Virus record (IMG/VR): IMGVR_UViG_3300009155_004654
Span: 1-52,459 of that record
Direction: 5' to 3' (one strand)
From: a virus
Taxonomy: Duplodnaviria > Caudoviricetes
Length of the DNA stretch: 52,459 bases
Made by a program: the position numbers and the translations under genes. Each line of letters begins with the position of its first letter. Within the stretch, counting starts at the first letter, position 1. Below are positions 25,936 through 34,202 of this stretch, piece by piece. Under the pieces are notes generated by a model that was not told the origin of the DNA, did no database searches, and saw nothing but the letters and a program-made list of their open reading frames with translations.

Positions 25936-25948
25936 ACTATTTAATAAC

Positions 25949-26860
25949 ATGAAACTATTATTAGAAAACTGGCGTAGATTCCTCAAAGAAGAGGATCAAA
26001 AAGAATATGATTATGAAGCGGAAGTAGCAAAAGAAAAAGAAGAGCTTGAACAAAAGCACTTTGGAGCTTCTGCTAATATTGGTCAAATGTTATATGATAT
26101 TTATCAACAAGAAATGGTAACTCTTGAAGCACAGGGATATACATTTAAACAAATAATTGATAATCATCATAGAGAAATTTTTAATGTTATTCAAACAAAA
26201 TTTAATAATATTTCATCAAACAAAGTTTCTTCAAATAGTTTAGAAAATTCTGGTAGAGGAGCATTTCGTGCTGTTTTCTCTTGTGATAAAGATTTCGTAA
26301 TTAAGATTGATGCTTCTGTTGATGGTTCTGGAACGGATATGAACCGTGATGATCAAAAAGTTGGAACAAACCCAAAGTATAAAGATATTTTCCCTCGCGT
26401 GTTTAAGGTTGATCCAGAATATAAATGGATTGTTGCGGAGAAAGTAAAGCCTATTCGTCATAAGTTAACAATATGTGATGCCTTTCCAAACAGACATTTA
26501 AATAATGATCTTTCTAATACAGACAAATATGTTGAATTAATTAAAATTTGTATGATATATAAAGTAGCACAAATGAAAGGTGCTAAAAATACTATGGTAG
26601 AATGTGAAAACAAATTTTTTACTTTAAGAACTGTTTTGCATATTGGTCGTGCTGCTAAATTAGATACATTTATGGACATTATAAAAGAATTTAATAAATT
26701 GCCACTATTCTTCAAGATGGTTTCGGCAGTGTTTGAATTAGATGTTGACGTTGAAGAAATAATGACTGTAAGAAATTTAGGCACTGGAACTGATGATAGA
26801 TTGGTCATTCTTGATTCCTCAATAGCTGATTCTTTGGATAAAGGTAGAGCAGCATTTTAG
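25949..26860 (+). CDS. Atypical protein kinase-like protein 2 with ENW tag
   Basis: GRGAFR, FVIK, FPRVF, WIVAEK, RNLG, ILDSS. Confidence 0.75.
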   Translation: MKLLLENWRRFLKEEDQKEYDYEAEVAKEKEELEQKHFGASANIGQMLYDIYQQEMVTLEAQGYTFKQIIDNHHREIFNVIQTKFNNISSNKVSSNSLENSGRGAFRAVFSCDKDFVIKIDASVDGSGTDMNRDDQKVGTNPKYKDIFPRVFKVDPEYKWIVAEKVKPIRHKLTICDAFPNRHLNNDLSNTDKYVELIKICMIYKVAQMKGAKNTMVECENKFFTLRTVLHIGRAAKLDTFMDIIKEFNKLPLFFKMVSAVFELDVDVEEIMTVRNLGTGTDDRLVILDSSIADSLDKGRAAF

Positions 26861-26875
26861 AATACTATTTATTAT

Positions 26876-27070
26876 GTGTCCCTTCAAAGATTTAATGTTG
26901 GCGATGTTGTAAAGGCTTTAAACCTTAGTGAGTGTGGTTTTGTTGAAAAAATTGAAGAACATTACATAATAAGTGAAAAAAATTTTGTATTTGTTTATTA
27001 CATAAGAATGTTTCACGATAATGTTATTCATATATGGTTTTATGAGGATACATTAGTTAAGATATCGTAG
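26876..27070 (+). CDS. Small KOW/SH3-like protein
   Basis: RFNVGDVV..GFVEKI. Confidence 0.68.
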   Translation: MSLQRFNVGDVVKALNLSECGFVEKIEEHYIISEKNFVFVYYIRMFHDNVIHIWFYEDTLVKIS

Positions 27071-27072
27071 AG

Positions 27073-27279
27073 GTGCAAATGCAAAAGAACTTTGTTCGTT
27101 ATAAGTCCGAAGGATTGTTTGGAGATATTATAACAATTACAATTTCAAAAGACGAAGCAATTGAAAGACAAATTAGAGCTGGTGAAATAAACAATTATAT
27201 TTACAAGACCAGAGAAGAAGCACTTGAAGATTTTATGATTTGTAATTGGGCTTGGTTTTTTGAAGAAACGCCTTATTAA
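27073..27279 (+). CDS. Hypothetical protein
   Basis: Fills the gap between neighbours; SD GAGGTG. Confidence 0.6.
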   Translation: MQMQKNFVRYKSEGLFGDIITITISKDEAIERQIRAGEINNYIYKTREEALEDFMICNWAWFFEETPY

Positions 27280-27293
27280 TACTATTTAATAAC

Positions 27294-28256
27294 ATGAAAG
27301 TATTATTAGAAAACTGGAAAAAATATATTAAAGAAGAATTAAGACCAGAAGATTATGAAGATGAACCTTTTCCAGAAGAACAAAGCGAAGAAGAAAAAGC
27401 AGAAGCTTATTTAGGAAATCCAAAATCTATTGGTGAATTTATTTATACAGCTTTTCGTGAAGAACTTGAAAAGCAGCCAAATGATACCGAAGCTCAACTT
27501 TGGTCCGATAGAATTGTAAGTGATGCAAACTATAAAATTAAACAAAAATTTCCAAATGTAAAATATCTTGGTAATGGTGTATTTAGAACTGCTTACACAT
27601 TAAATAAAAATTTAATTATAAAAGTTAATACTTCTTTTACAACTGATAGTGGACAAATGATGAATAAAGAAGATTTCACATTAAGTCGTGATCCTCAAAC
27701 TTCACAAATGTTTCCAAGAGTTTATTCTCACGATCCAGATTTTAATTGGATTGTTATGGATTTGGTTTATCCAATTGTAACACCAAAAGAATTTTATTCA
27801 TTTTTTCCTAACGATATCATAGCTCCTATCTTATCTAAAGAGCCTATGCTTTATAGATTAATTTTTCATAATTCAATTCGACTTGAAATAGCAAGAATGA
27901 AAAAGAATAAAAAATTATTTGTTGAACTTAATGATATATATAAAACAAAATTATCTGCTGGAATTAAAAACCATTTAGGTAAGAAAGTAAGTATGGATAA
28001 AATTGTTAGTGGATTTAAACCTTTATTTTTGCAAGTATGTAATGCTATTCTTAAACATAATATAAAAATAGAAGAAGTAAGAGCAAATAATACAGGGTTT
28101 ACAATCGATCAAAGTGGTAATAAAAGTTTTGTTTTGCTAGATTCCTCTATTGATGCAAGTATTAAAAAAGCACTTAAACAACCAGAACCTAAAGTGGCTC
28201 CAACAAAACAAAAGAAACAAATAGTAAATGCTGCAACTACTACAATTAGAAGATGA
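27294..28256 (+). CDS. Atypical protein kinase-like protein 3 with ENW tag
   Basis: LGNGVFR, LIIK, FPRVY, WIVMD, NNTG, LLDSS. Confidence 0.75.
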   Translation: MKVLLENWKKYIKEELRPEDYEDEPFPEEQSEEEKAEAYLGNPKSIGEFIYTAFREELEKQPNDTEAQLWSDRIVSDANYKIKQKFPNVKYLGNGVFRTAYTLNKNLIIKVNTSFTTDSGQMMNKEDFTLSRDPQTSQMFPRVYSHDPDFNWIVMDLVYPIVTPKEFYSFFPNDIIAPILSKEPMLYRLIFHNSIRLEIARMKKNKKLFVELNDIYKTKLSAGIKNHLGKKVSMDKIVSGFKPLFLQVCNAILKHNIKIEEVRANNTGFTIDQSGNKSFVLLDSSIDASIKKALKQPEPKVAPTKQKKQIVNAATTTIRR

Positions 28257-28471
28257 ACTACAAAATTGGAGATATGATTGAAGTAAGTTTATCTCCAAAA
28301 AAAGGTTACTCTCAAAAGGTGCCAGCAGTATTGGGTTTGATTGTTGATATTGATGATACAAAATTGAACTTTGTAAAAACTGCTTATTATATTTTATTAA
28401 TCAAATCTCTTAATGAAACAAAAATATGGATTGAGTTAGATAATTACAAAGTTAAAAAATTAAACACTTGA
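28253..28471 (+). CDS. Small KOW/SH3-like protein
   Basis: MNYKIGDMIEV..GLIVDI. Confidence 0.68.
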   Translation: MNYKIGDMIEVSLSPKKGYSQKVPAVLGLIVDIDDTKLNFVKTAYYILLIKSLNETKIWIELDNYKVKKLNT

Positions 28472-28516
28472 CTTTCTAATTTGACCTGCATAAGATGTAT
28501 ACTCTTAGGAGATAAT

Positions 28517-29002
28517 ATGTCTGTGCAGGTTGATTATTTTTCTAGTTCAAAATTTATTGTGAGAGAAGATAAAGCTGAACGTCTAAAAGAACTTGTTGAA
28601 CTTCTCAAAGAAGAAGGAAATACTGGATCTGGTTATTATAGTAGCGAACATTATATAAATCTTTATGACTATGGTAATAATGCTTTCTCTCTTCATACAG
28701 GTGGGTATTGTGATGGAGGTCCAGAACTTTGGGACACTATTATAAATGGTTATAATAGTGAAGAATACGAAAGTGAAGAAGACCAAAATAGTTATTGTGG
28801 CTCTCACAATATTTATGATATAATTCAAGATATGCTACAAGAAGGATCTTGGTTCTTTGTTGACTCTACTGGATTTGAGAAAGGTAGAATTTATAATAAC
28901 ACTTCTTTTTATCACGCAGATGGTAGGAATGGTTCTATAAATACATGGGAACTAAAACGTAAGATCCTTCAAGAACATGGAATAGATACCAAAGAGTTAT
29001 AA
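28517..29002 (+). CDS. Acidic hypothetical protein
   Basis: Start moved to 28517 (SD AGGAG); sigma70-like TTGACT..TAAGAT upstream. Confidence 0.65.
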   Translation: MSVQVDYFSSSKFIVREDKAERLKELVELLKEEGNTGSGYYSSEHYINLYDYGNNAFSLHTGGYCDGGPELWDTIINGYNSEEYESEEDQNSYCGSHNIYDIIQDMLQEGSWFFVDSTGFEKGRIYNNTSFYHADGRNGSINTWELKRKILQEHGIDTKEL

Positions 29003-29007
29003 TCTAA

Positions 29008-29035
29008 GCCCTCGTAGAAATACGGGGGTTTTCTA
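29008..29035 (+). terminator. Terminator
   Basis: GCCCTCGTA-GAAA-TACGGGGGT then TTT. Confidence 0.75.
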
Positions 29036-29056
29036 TTATTAAAAACTATTTACAAC

Positions 29057-29653
29057 ATGCTTACTGCTATCGGCGACGTAATGAGAAGATGTTACGAAAA
29101 AGGTTGGATAACAACAAGAGATGGCAACATTTCATTAAGAAGAAAAAACTCAAATATATTATATGTAACTCCTTCTGGTTGGAGAAAAACAATCATTCAC
29201 CCAGAACATATAGTTAAATGTAAATTAGATGAATATAAAGAATTAATAGTTCCACAAAATTCTAAGCCTTCTGGTGAATTATATATGCATTATTTAATCC
29301 AAAGAGACACGCAAATAACAAGAGCAGTTTTACATGTTCATGCTACCAATATTGTAGCTGCTATGTATGCTGGTTTAAGCTTGCCACAAATAGCTGCTGA
29401 GTTTCCAGAAATACATAGATATACAAGAGTTGGTGCTTCTGTTTCTGCTGTTCCTGCTTTATCAAAAGAACTTGCGATAGAAACAGCGGATAACTTATAT
29501 GTAAAAGAAAATGGTTCTTATGAATTTGATATAGTAGGTCAAAAAAATCATGGTGTATGTGCTGTAGGTAAAGACCCTTGGGATGCTTATGAACATGTTG
29601 AAAGATTAGACCATATATGTGAAATTGTTTTAAAAGGAACATTATTGAGGTAA
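29057..29653 (+). CDS. Class II aldolase/adducin family protein
   Basis: DGNIS, VTPSG, PSGE, LHVH, NHG metal ligands. Confidence 0.9.
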   Translation: MLTAIGDVMRRCYEKGWITTRDGNISLRRKNSNILYVTPSGWRKTIIHPEHIVKCKLDEYKELIVPQNSKPSGELYMHYLIQRDTQITRAVLHVHATNIVAAMYAGLSLPQIAAEFPEIHRYTRVGASVSAVPALSKELAIETADNLYVKENGSYEFDIVGQKNHGVCAVGKDPWDAYEHVERLDHICEIVLKGTLLR

Positions 29654-29655
29654 AA

Positions 29656-30363
29656 ATGAATTTAACAGAACAACAAAGACACGCAATTGATTGTGTTGTA
29701 GCTATATTTGAAACAGGAAAAGTTCCATCAGCTAAATCATACTCAACTTGTTCAGTTCTCGATGATGGGGCTGGAATAAGTTATGGAAAGCACCAGTGTA
29801 CGGACAAAGCAGGTTCATTAGATTTGGTTTGTAAAAAATATATTGAATTAGGTGGACAACATGCAGAGCCATTAAAACAATATATGAATTATCTTTCTAC
29901 AAATCAATCTTCTAAATTTGGTTCAAGAAGAGAAAATTATCCAACTTGGCTTGTGTCTTTAATCAATCTTTTGAAATCTGCTGGTGAAGATTCAATCATG
30001 CACAAAGCTCAAGATGAAGTATTTGATGTAAACTATTGGCTTCCAGCAGTTAATCACTGTAAAAATATTGGTATTACATCAGCTTTAGGACATTTAGTAA
30101 TTTATGATACTTGTATTCATTCTGGTCCTGGTAGAGTTTCTTCTTTAAGACAATTATTCCCAGAGAAATCACCAGCTAACGGTGGCGATGAAAAAGCTTG
30201 GGTTCTTGCTTTCTTAAATGCCAGAAGAAATTGGCTTGCTGCTAATTCAAATCCATTAGTTCAAAAAACAGTTTATAGAATTGATGCTATGAAAGCTATT
30301 GCTGATTCTGGTAATTGGGAATTAAAATTACCTATGACAGTAAGAAATGTTAAAATTGCCTAA
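29656..30363 (+). CDS. Chitosanase (GH46)-like lysozyme, probable endolysin
   Basis: IFETG..DDGAGISYG..AQD..YWLPA..IYDTCIHSG..FLNARR. Confidence 0.75.
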   Translation: MNLTEQQRHAIDCVVAIFETGKVPSAKSYSTCSVLDDGAGISYGKHQCTDKAGSLDLVCKKYIELGGQHAEPLKQYMNYLSTNQSSKFGSRRENYPTWLVSLINLLKSAGEDSIMHKAQDEVFDVNYWLPAVNHCKNIGITSALGHLVIYDTCIHSGPGRVSSLRQLFPEKSPANGGDEKAWVLAFLNARRNWLAANSNPLVQKTVYRIDAMKAIADSGNWELKLPMTVRNVKIA

Positions 30364-30388
30364 TTAATAGTGATATAAGGATTATAAA

Positions 30389-30709
30389 ATGTTAACAGAA
30401 ATAAAGCTTAGGCAAGTAATTCGCAAATATATTCTAAACGAAATGGGAAGATTTGATCCTATGCTAAATAAGATGTCCAATATTCGTAGAGATATACCAG
30501 GTTTTGATATACCAAGTTCTGAAAAAAGAGTAAGTCAATTTAAATCTGATCTTGGAATGACTTCTGATAAAAGTGTCAATAAAGAAGATGTTAAAGCAAA
30601 TTTAAAAGTTTTAGCTGATTTATTAGGGTGGCAAGATTTTGATCCATTAATAGCAACACCAGAAGCTATTAATAACTTAATTCATTACGCTATTGAAAGA
30701 ACCAGATAA
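30389..30709 (+). CDS. Putative internal head protein (LTE tag)
   Basis: MLTEIKLRQVIRKYILNE. Confidence 0.55.
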   Translation: MLTEIKLRQVIRKYILNEMGRFDPMLNKMSNIRRDIPGFDIPSSEKRVSQFKSDLGMTSDKSVNKEDVKANLKVLADLLGWQDFDPLIATPEAINNLIHYAIERTR

Positions 30710-30740
30710 CCTAGATAGAGATCCCACGGAGAGGTGTTTA

Positions 30741-31145
30741 ATGGAACGTCCTTCGTGGGATTTTATTTGGTCTTCTTTTGCTTCTACAATCGCTCAACGT
30801 TCTATGGACCCTAACTTCAAGGTGGGTGCCGTAATCGTCCCAGAAGACAATACAGGTGTCCTAGCGATTGGATATAACGGTGATCATAAAGGTGGAACAA
30901 ACTGTAGGGATAGTGATGAAGCTGGTTCCTCTGGTTTTATTCACGCTGAAATAAATGCACTTATTAAGATGGATTTTAATAACCCAAAGAGAAAGAAAAT
31001 GTATGTAACTCTTTCTCCTTGTAAGATGTGCGCGAAAGCAATTATTAATGCTGATATAAAAGAAGTTTATTACATACAAGAATACCGTGATGATGCAGGA
31101 ATTAAATTACTACAAAATCACGGTATTAAGGTTTGTAAGATTTAA
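30741..31145 (+). CDS. dCMP deaminase
   Basis: KVGAVI..GYNG..HAEINA..SPCKMCAK; start moved to 30741. Confidence 0.92.
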   Translation: MERPSWDFIWSSFASTIAQRSMDPNFKVGAVIVPEDNTGVLAIGYNGDHKGGTNCRDSDEAGSSGFIHAEINALIKMDFNNPKRKKMYVTLSPCKMCAKAIINADIKEVYYIQEYRDDAGIKLLQNHGIKVCKI

Positions 31146-32560
31146 CGTCTTATTTTAATTCTTATTTTATTTTCTGATATTGTTGAAGGCTTTCCTCTTC
31201 TTGGTGGAGAAATTCTTTCTTTTGTTTTTAACCAATCTTTATATTCTTCGGTATATTCACCTTCACCAGTTTCTCTATTATATGTTCCTTTAACAAATTT
31301 TGTAGGTTGAACTGTTTTGTTAAATTCTGCTTTTTGTTTTTCAAGCTCTATATCTTCTGGTCTTTCATTAACAACTCTTTGATAAATAATATCTGCCATT
31401 TCTGGTCTTTTATCTAAAAATAGCATAACTTGTTTTAATGATTGTGCTAACATATCCACATCTGCTAAGGCATCGTGCCATTTATCATTTTTTATTTTAA
31501 ATGCTGCTGTTATTTTTCCAAGTGATGCCGAAAGTTTTGGTGATAAAACTTTTGTTTTAATTTTAACGGTCTTTCCAGTGTCTTTTCTAACCTTAGTTAC
31601 TGTTTTGGTTGTAAAAGATTCTAAAGTTAAACTATTTAACAAGTTTTTTTCTTCTTGTGTTAATGGTTCAGATGTAAGTATTTTTTTTTCTTCTTCTGGT
31701 AATGATTCAAAAGATTCATATTTTTGTTTGAATTGTTGAATAACTGGTATTAAATAATCTCTGAATATTTGTAATGAATCAAATACATATTCATCTGGGG
31801 TTTGTATACCTTCTCTTGCAGCATTATTTTCAATATACTTAATATCAAAGTCAGCATTTTGAGCCATTAATTTTGGTTTTATTAATACTGAGTCACCGCT
31901 ACAAAATTGTACAAATTGTTCTAGTGCATCTTTTAACTCAAGATACTCGTTTGGATCTAAATTCCTTAAACCTTGTGGATTTAATTTATCTGGTGGTGCA
32001 TACTCGGTCATTTTTAAATTATCTAATATACTTCTAAAAGTATAAGATTCAGAATGTTCTTGTGGTGTATATGATTTTGGATCATATTGCTGTCCAGATT
32101 CTTCAGCTTCTTGTCTATTTATTGCTTCAATATCTTCAAATTCTTCTTGTCTTTTTGGTTCTTCTTCCTGCCATTTTTTTAATCTTTTTTCTTTTTGTGG
32201 CTCAGAGTGCCAAAACTGTTCGTTTTCTAGTTCATTCTCTATTTGTCTAATAGTTTCTTCTTTTAGTTTAACTTTTTTGTTAAATACATCAACAATTTCT
32301 ATTTCTGTATCTTCTTGAAAACCATGTGGATTTACTTTTATTGCGGCTATTTGTGTTATTTGACTATAACGCTTTTGTGGGTCAAGACCAGTAGTTTCAG
32401 TATCTAAAAAAATATAAAGTTTATTTGCTTGTGCTTCTTCTGCTACTTCTTGTCTTAATTTTTCAAAGGTTTCTGGGTATTGGTGTGGTTTTGTTCCTTT
32501 TTCATTTAGTAAAGATTTAAACCCTCTCCAGTTTTCCATAATCAAATCAAATTTTTTCAT
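31142..32560 (-). CDS. DEDDh 3'-5' exonuclease (DnaQ-like) with ENW tag
   Basis: FLDTETTGL, AQNADFD, FDSL, WHDALADV; N-terminal MENWRGFKSLLNE. Confidence 0.85.
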   Translation of the reverse strand: MKKFDLIMENWRGFKSLLNEKGTKPHQYPETFEKLRQEVAEEAQANKLYIFLDTETTGLDPQKRYSQITQIAAIKVNPHGFQEDTEIEIVDVFNKKVKLKEETIRQIENELENEQFWHSEPQKEKRLKKWQEEEPKRQEEFEDIEAINRQEAEESGQQYDPKSYTPQEHSESYTFRSILDNLKMTEYAPPDKLNPQGLRNLDPNEYLELKDALEQFVQFCSGDSVLIKPKLMAQNADFDIKYIENNAAREGIQTPDEYVFDSLQIFRDYLIPVIQQFKQKYESFESLPEEEKKILTSEPLTQEEKNLLNSLTLESFTTKTVTKVRKDTGKTVKIKTKVLSPKLSASLGKITAAFKIKNDKWHDALADVDMLAQSLKQVMLFLDKRPEMADIIYQRVVNERPEDIELEKQKAEFNKTVQPTKFVKGTYNRETGEGEYTEEYKDWLKTKERISPPRRGKPSTISENKIRIKIRR

Positions 32561-32582
32561 TTATAGATCCTCTTTTTATTGT

Positions 32583-32605
32583 TAATTAGTATTCAAAACT
32601 AATTA
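32583..32605. promoter_or_regulatory. Back-to-back divergent late promoter motifs
   Basis: TAATTAGT (ACTAATTA on -) at 32583-32590 and ACTAATTA at 32598-32605 between divergent genes. Confidence 0.7.
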
Positions 32606-32610
32606 ATAAC

Positions 32611-33054
32611 ATGAACACATCAAAATGGTATAGATTTCTTCGTGAACAACAAGAAGAAGAAGAATTAACTATAAAAGTCAAAGATACTGATGAAGTAGCT
32701 GGTGATGATACTGCTGATAATCAAATCTCAAAAGAATTAGATATTGATCCAATCGTAACAGATGAAATTTCAGTATTTCAAATTATAGTAAAAGCAGAAT
32801 TCCGCAAATCTACAAACGTTCTTCTTACACAATTCAAAGATATTATTAGAGGTATTATTTCAGTTACTACCGTAGGAACTGAGGATTTACCAGATCCTTC
32901 TATGTTATACGATAGAAGAAATCTTAATATTAAATTTGAGTTGGAGCGTGGTGAAAATATCGATGAATATATGAGAGCAGTTCTTGTTCCTCAATTAAGA
33001 AAAATTAGAGGCATGAGAATTCTACACTATGGAAAAGTTGAAAAAGTAAGATAG
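32611..33054 (+). CDS. Putative virion protein (W-x-R-F-L-x-E tag)
   Basis: MNTSKWYRFLREQ; leaderless after late motif. Confidence 0.6.
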   Translation: MNTSKWYRFLREQQEEEELTIKVKDTDEVAGDDTADNQISKELDIDPIVTDEISVFQIIVKAEFRKSTNVLLTQFKDIIRGIISVTTVGTEDLPDPSMLYDRRNLNIKFELERGENIDEYMRAVLVPQLRKIRGMRILHYGKVEKVR

Positions 33055-33099
33055 TTGACAGTTTAGTTCCATGTGTATATATTGTTTTGGGTATCTTAT

Positions 33100-33402
33100 A
33101 TGTCCGAAACAAAAACAAAATTAAAAATTCCTGCTGATAGATTAGCTGCTGCGGCGACTATCGATGCCTTATTAAAGAGCCAAAAGAAAATAAAAGAATT
33201 ATATGCTTATGAAATGATTATGGGCGAAGGATACGGTCACTATTATAGCCCAGATGAAAAAACATTTGTAAAGATAAGAAAAGGAAGATTAATTACACGT
33301 TTGTCGGAAGACACGGACAAGAAAGGAAGATATCTTATCTACGCGGAGAACCAAAGAGTATTGGTCCCGAAAGAAGAAATAATAGACATAGGATATTACT
33401 AA
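33100..33402 (+). CDS. Hypothetical protein
   Basis: Start moved to 33100 after TTGACA..TATATT promoter. Confidence 0.6.
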   Translation: MSETKTKLKIPADRLAAAATIDALLKSQKKIKELYAYEMIMGEGYGHYYSPDEKTFVKIRKGRLITRLSEDTDKKGRYLIYAENQRVLVPKEEIIDIGYY

Positions 33403-33875
33403 TGAAAAAAGAACGTTGGTTTTCTGGTGATCATAAAGAAACTACACTAGATCAAATATTTATTGATATTAGAAATCACTCTAAAAATAAAGGCAAGATT
33501 TATATTGGATCTGATTCATATGTTCAAAAACAAAATTGTGTATTTTGTTGTGCAATAGTTCTTCATGGAGCAGAGGGACAAAGTGGTGGAAAATATTACT
33601 ATCACAGGTTTCTAACTCATAAGAATAGTTTTCCTTCCATGACAGCAAGAATTACACATGAAGTTCAAAAGTCAATTGAAATTGGAATGGAAGTTGGTCA
33701 AGAATGTCCAAATGTTAAAGTAGAACTTCATTTAGATATTAATAATGATAAAAGAATGTCTAGCCAGAAAATGGCAGAATCTATGACAGGATGGGTTAAA
33801 GCGGTTGGGTTTGATTGTAAAATAAAACCAGAATCTTGGGCTTCTTCAAAGATAGCTGATATACACACTAAATAA
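33402..33875 (+). CDS. RNase H-like YkuK family protein
   Basis: IYIGSDS..RITHEVQKS..ELHLDIN..IKPESWASSKIAD. Confidence 0.85.
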   Translation: MKKERWFSGDHKETTLDQIFIDIRNHSKNKGKIYIGSDSYVQKQNCVFCCAIVLHGAEGQSGGKYYYHRFLTHKNSFPSMTARITHEVQKSIEIGMEVGQECPNVKVELHLDINNDKRMSSQKMAESMTGWVKAVGFDCKIKPESWASSKIADIHTK

Positions 33876-33916
33876 GATTGTCCCCTTAACTATTTAATGT
33901 AGTTAAGGGGTTTTTC

Positions 33917-34186
33917 TTGTTTGAAAAAGACAACATTTTTGGTGGTTCGTTAGTTAGCAAATTTAGTATCGGTGATATTGTTTCTTGGCCTGCTATTGAG
34001 CATTATTATGATGGTGATTTGGACCAAGTAAAAAAGCTTGGAATTTTGTCTGAACTTAAAAAAGTTATAAGATCTGAAAGACCTGTAATGATTGCTAGAG
34101 TTTTAGAACTTGAAACAGGAAAAGAAAAAGAAATTTTGCTTGTATCTATATCATTAGTATCGAAAGCAAAAGAAAATAGAGTTTAG
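33917..34186 (+). CDS. KOW/SH3-like protein
   Basis: KFSIGDIVSW..LGIL; start uncertain. Confidence 0.55.
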   Translation: MFEKDNIFGGSLVSKFSIGDIVSWPAIEHYYDGDLDQVKKLGILSELKKVIRSERPVMIARVLELETGKEKEILLVSISLVSKAKENRV

Positions 34187-34202
34187 AGGACTATTTAATA
34201 TT

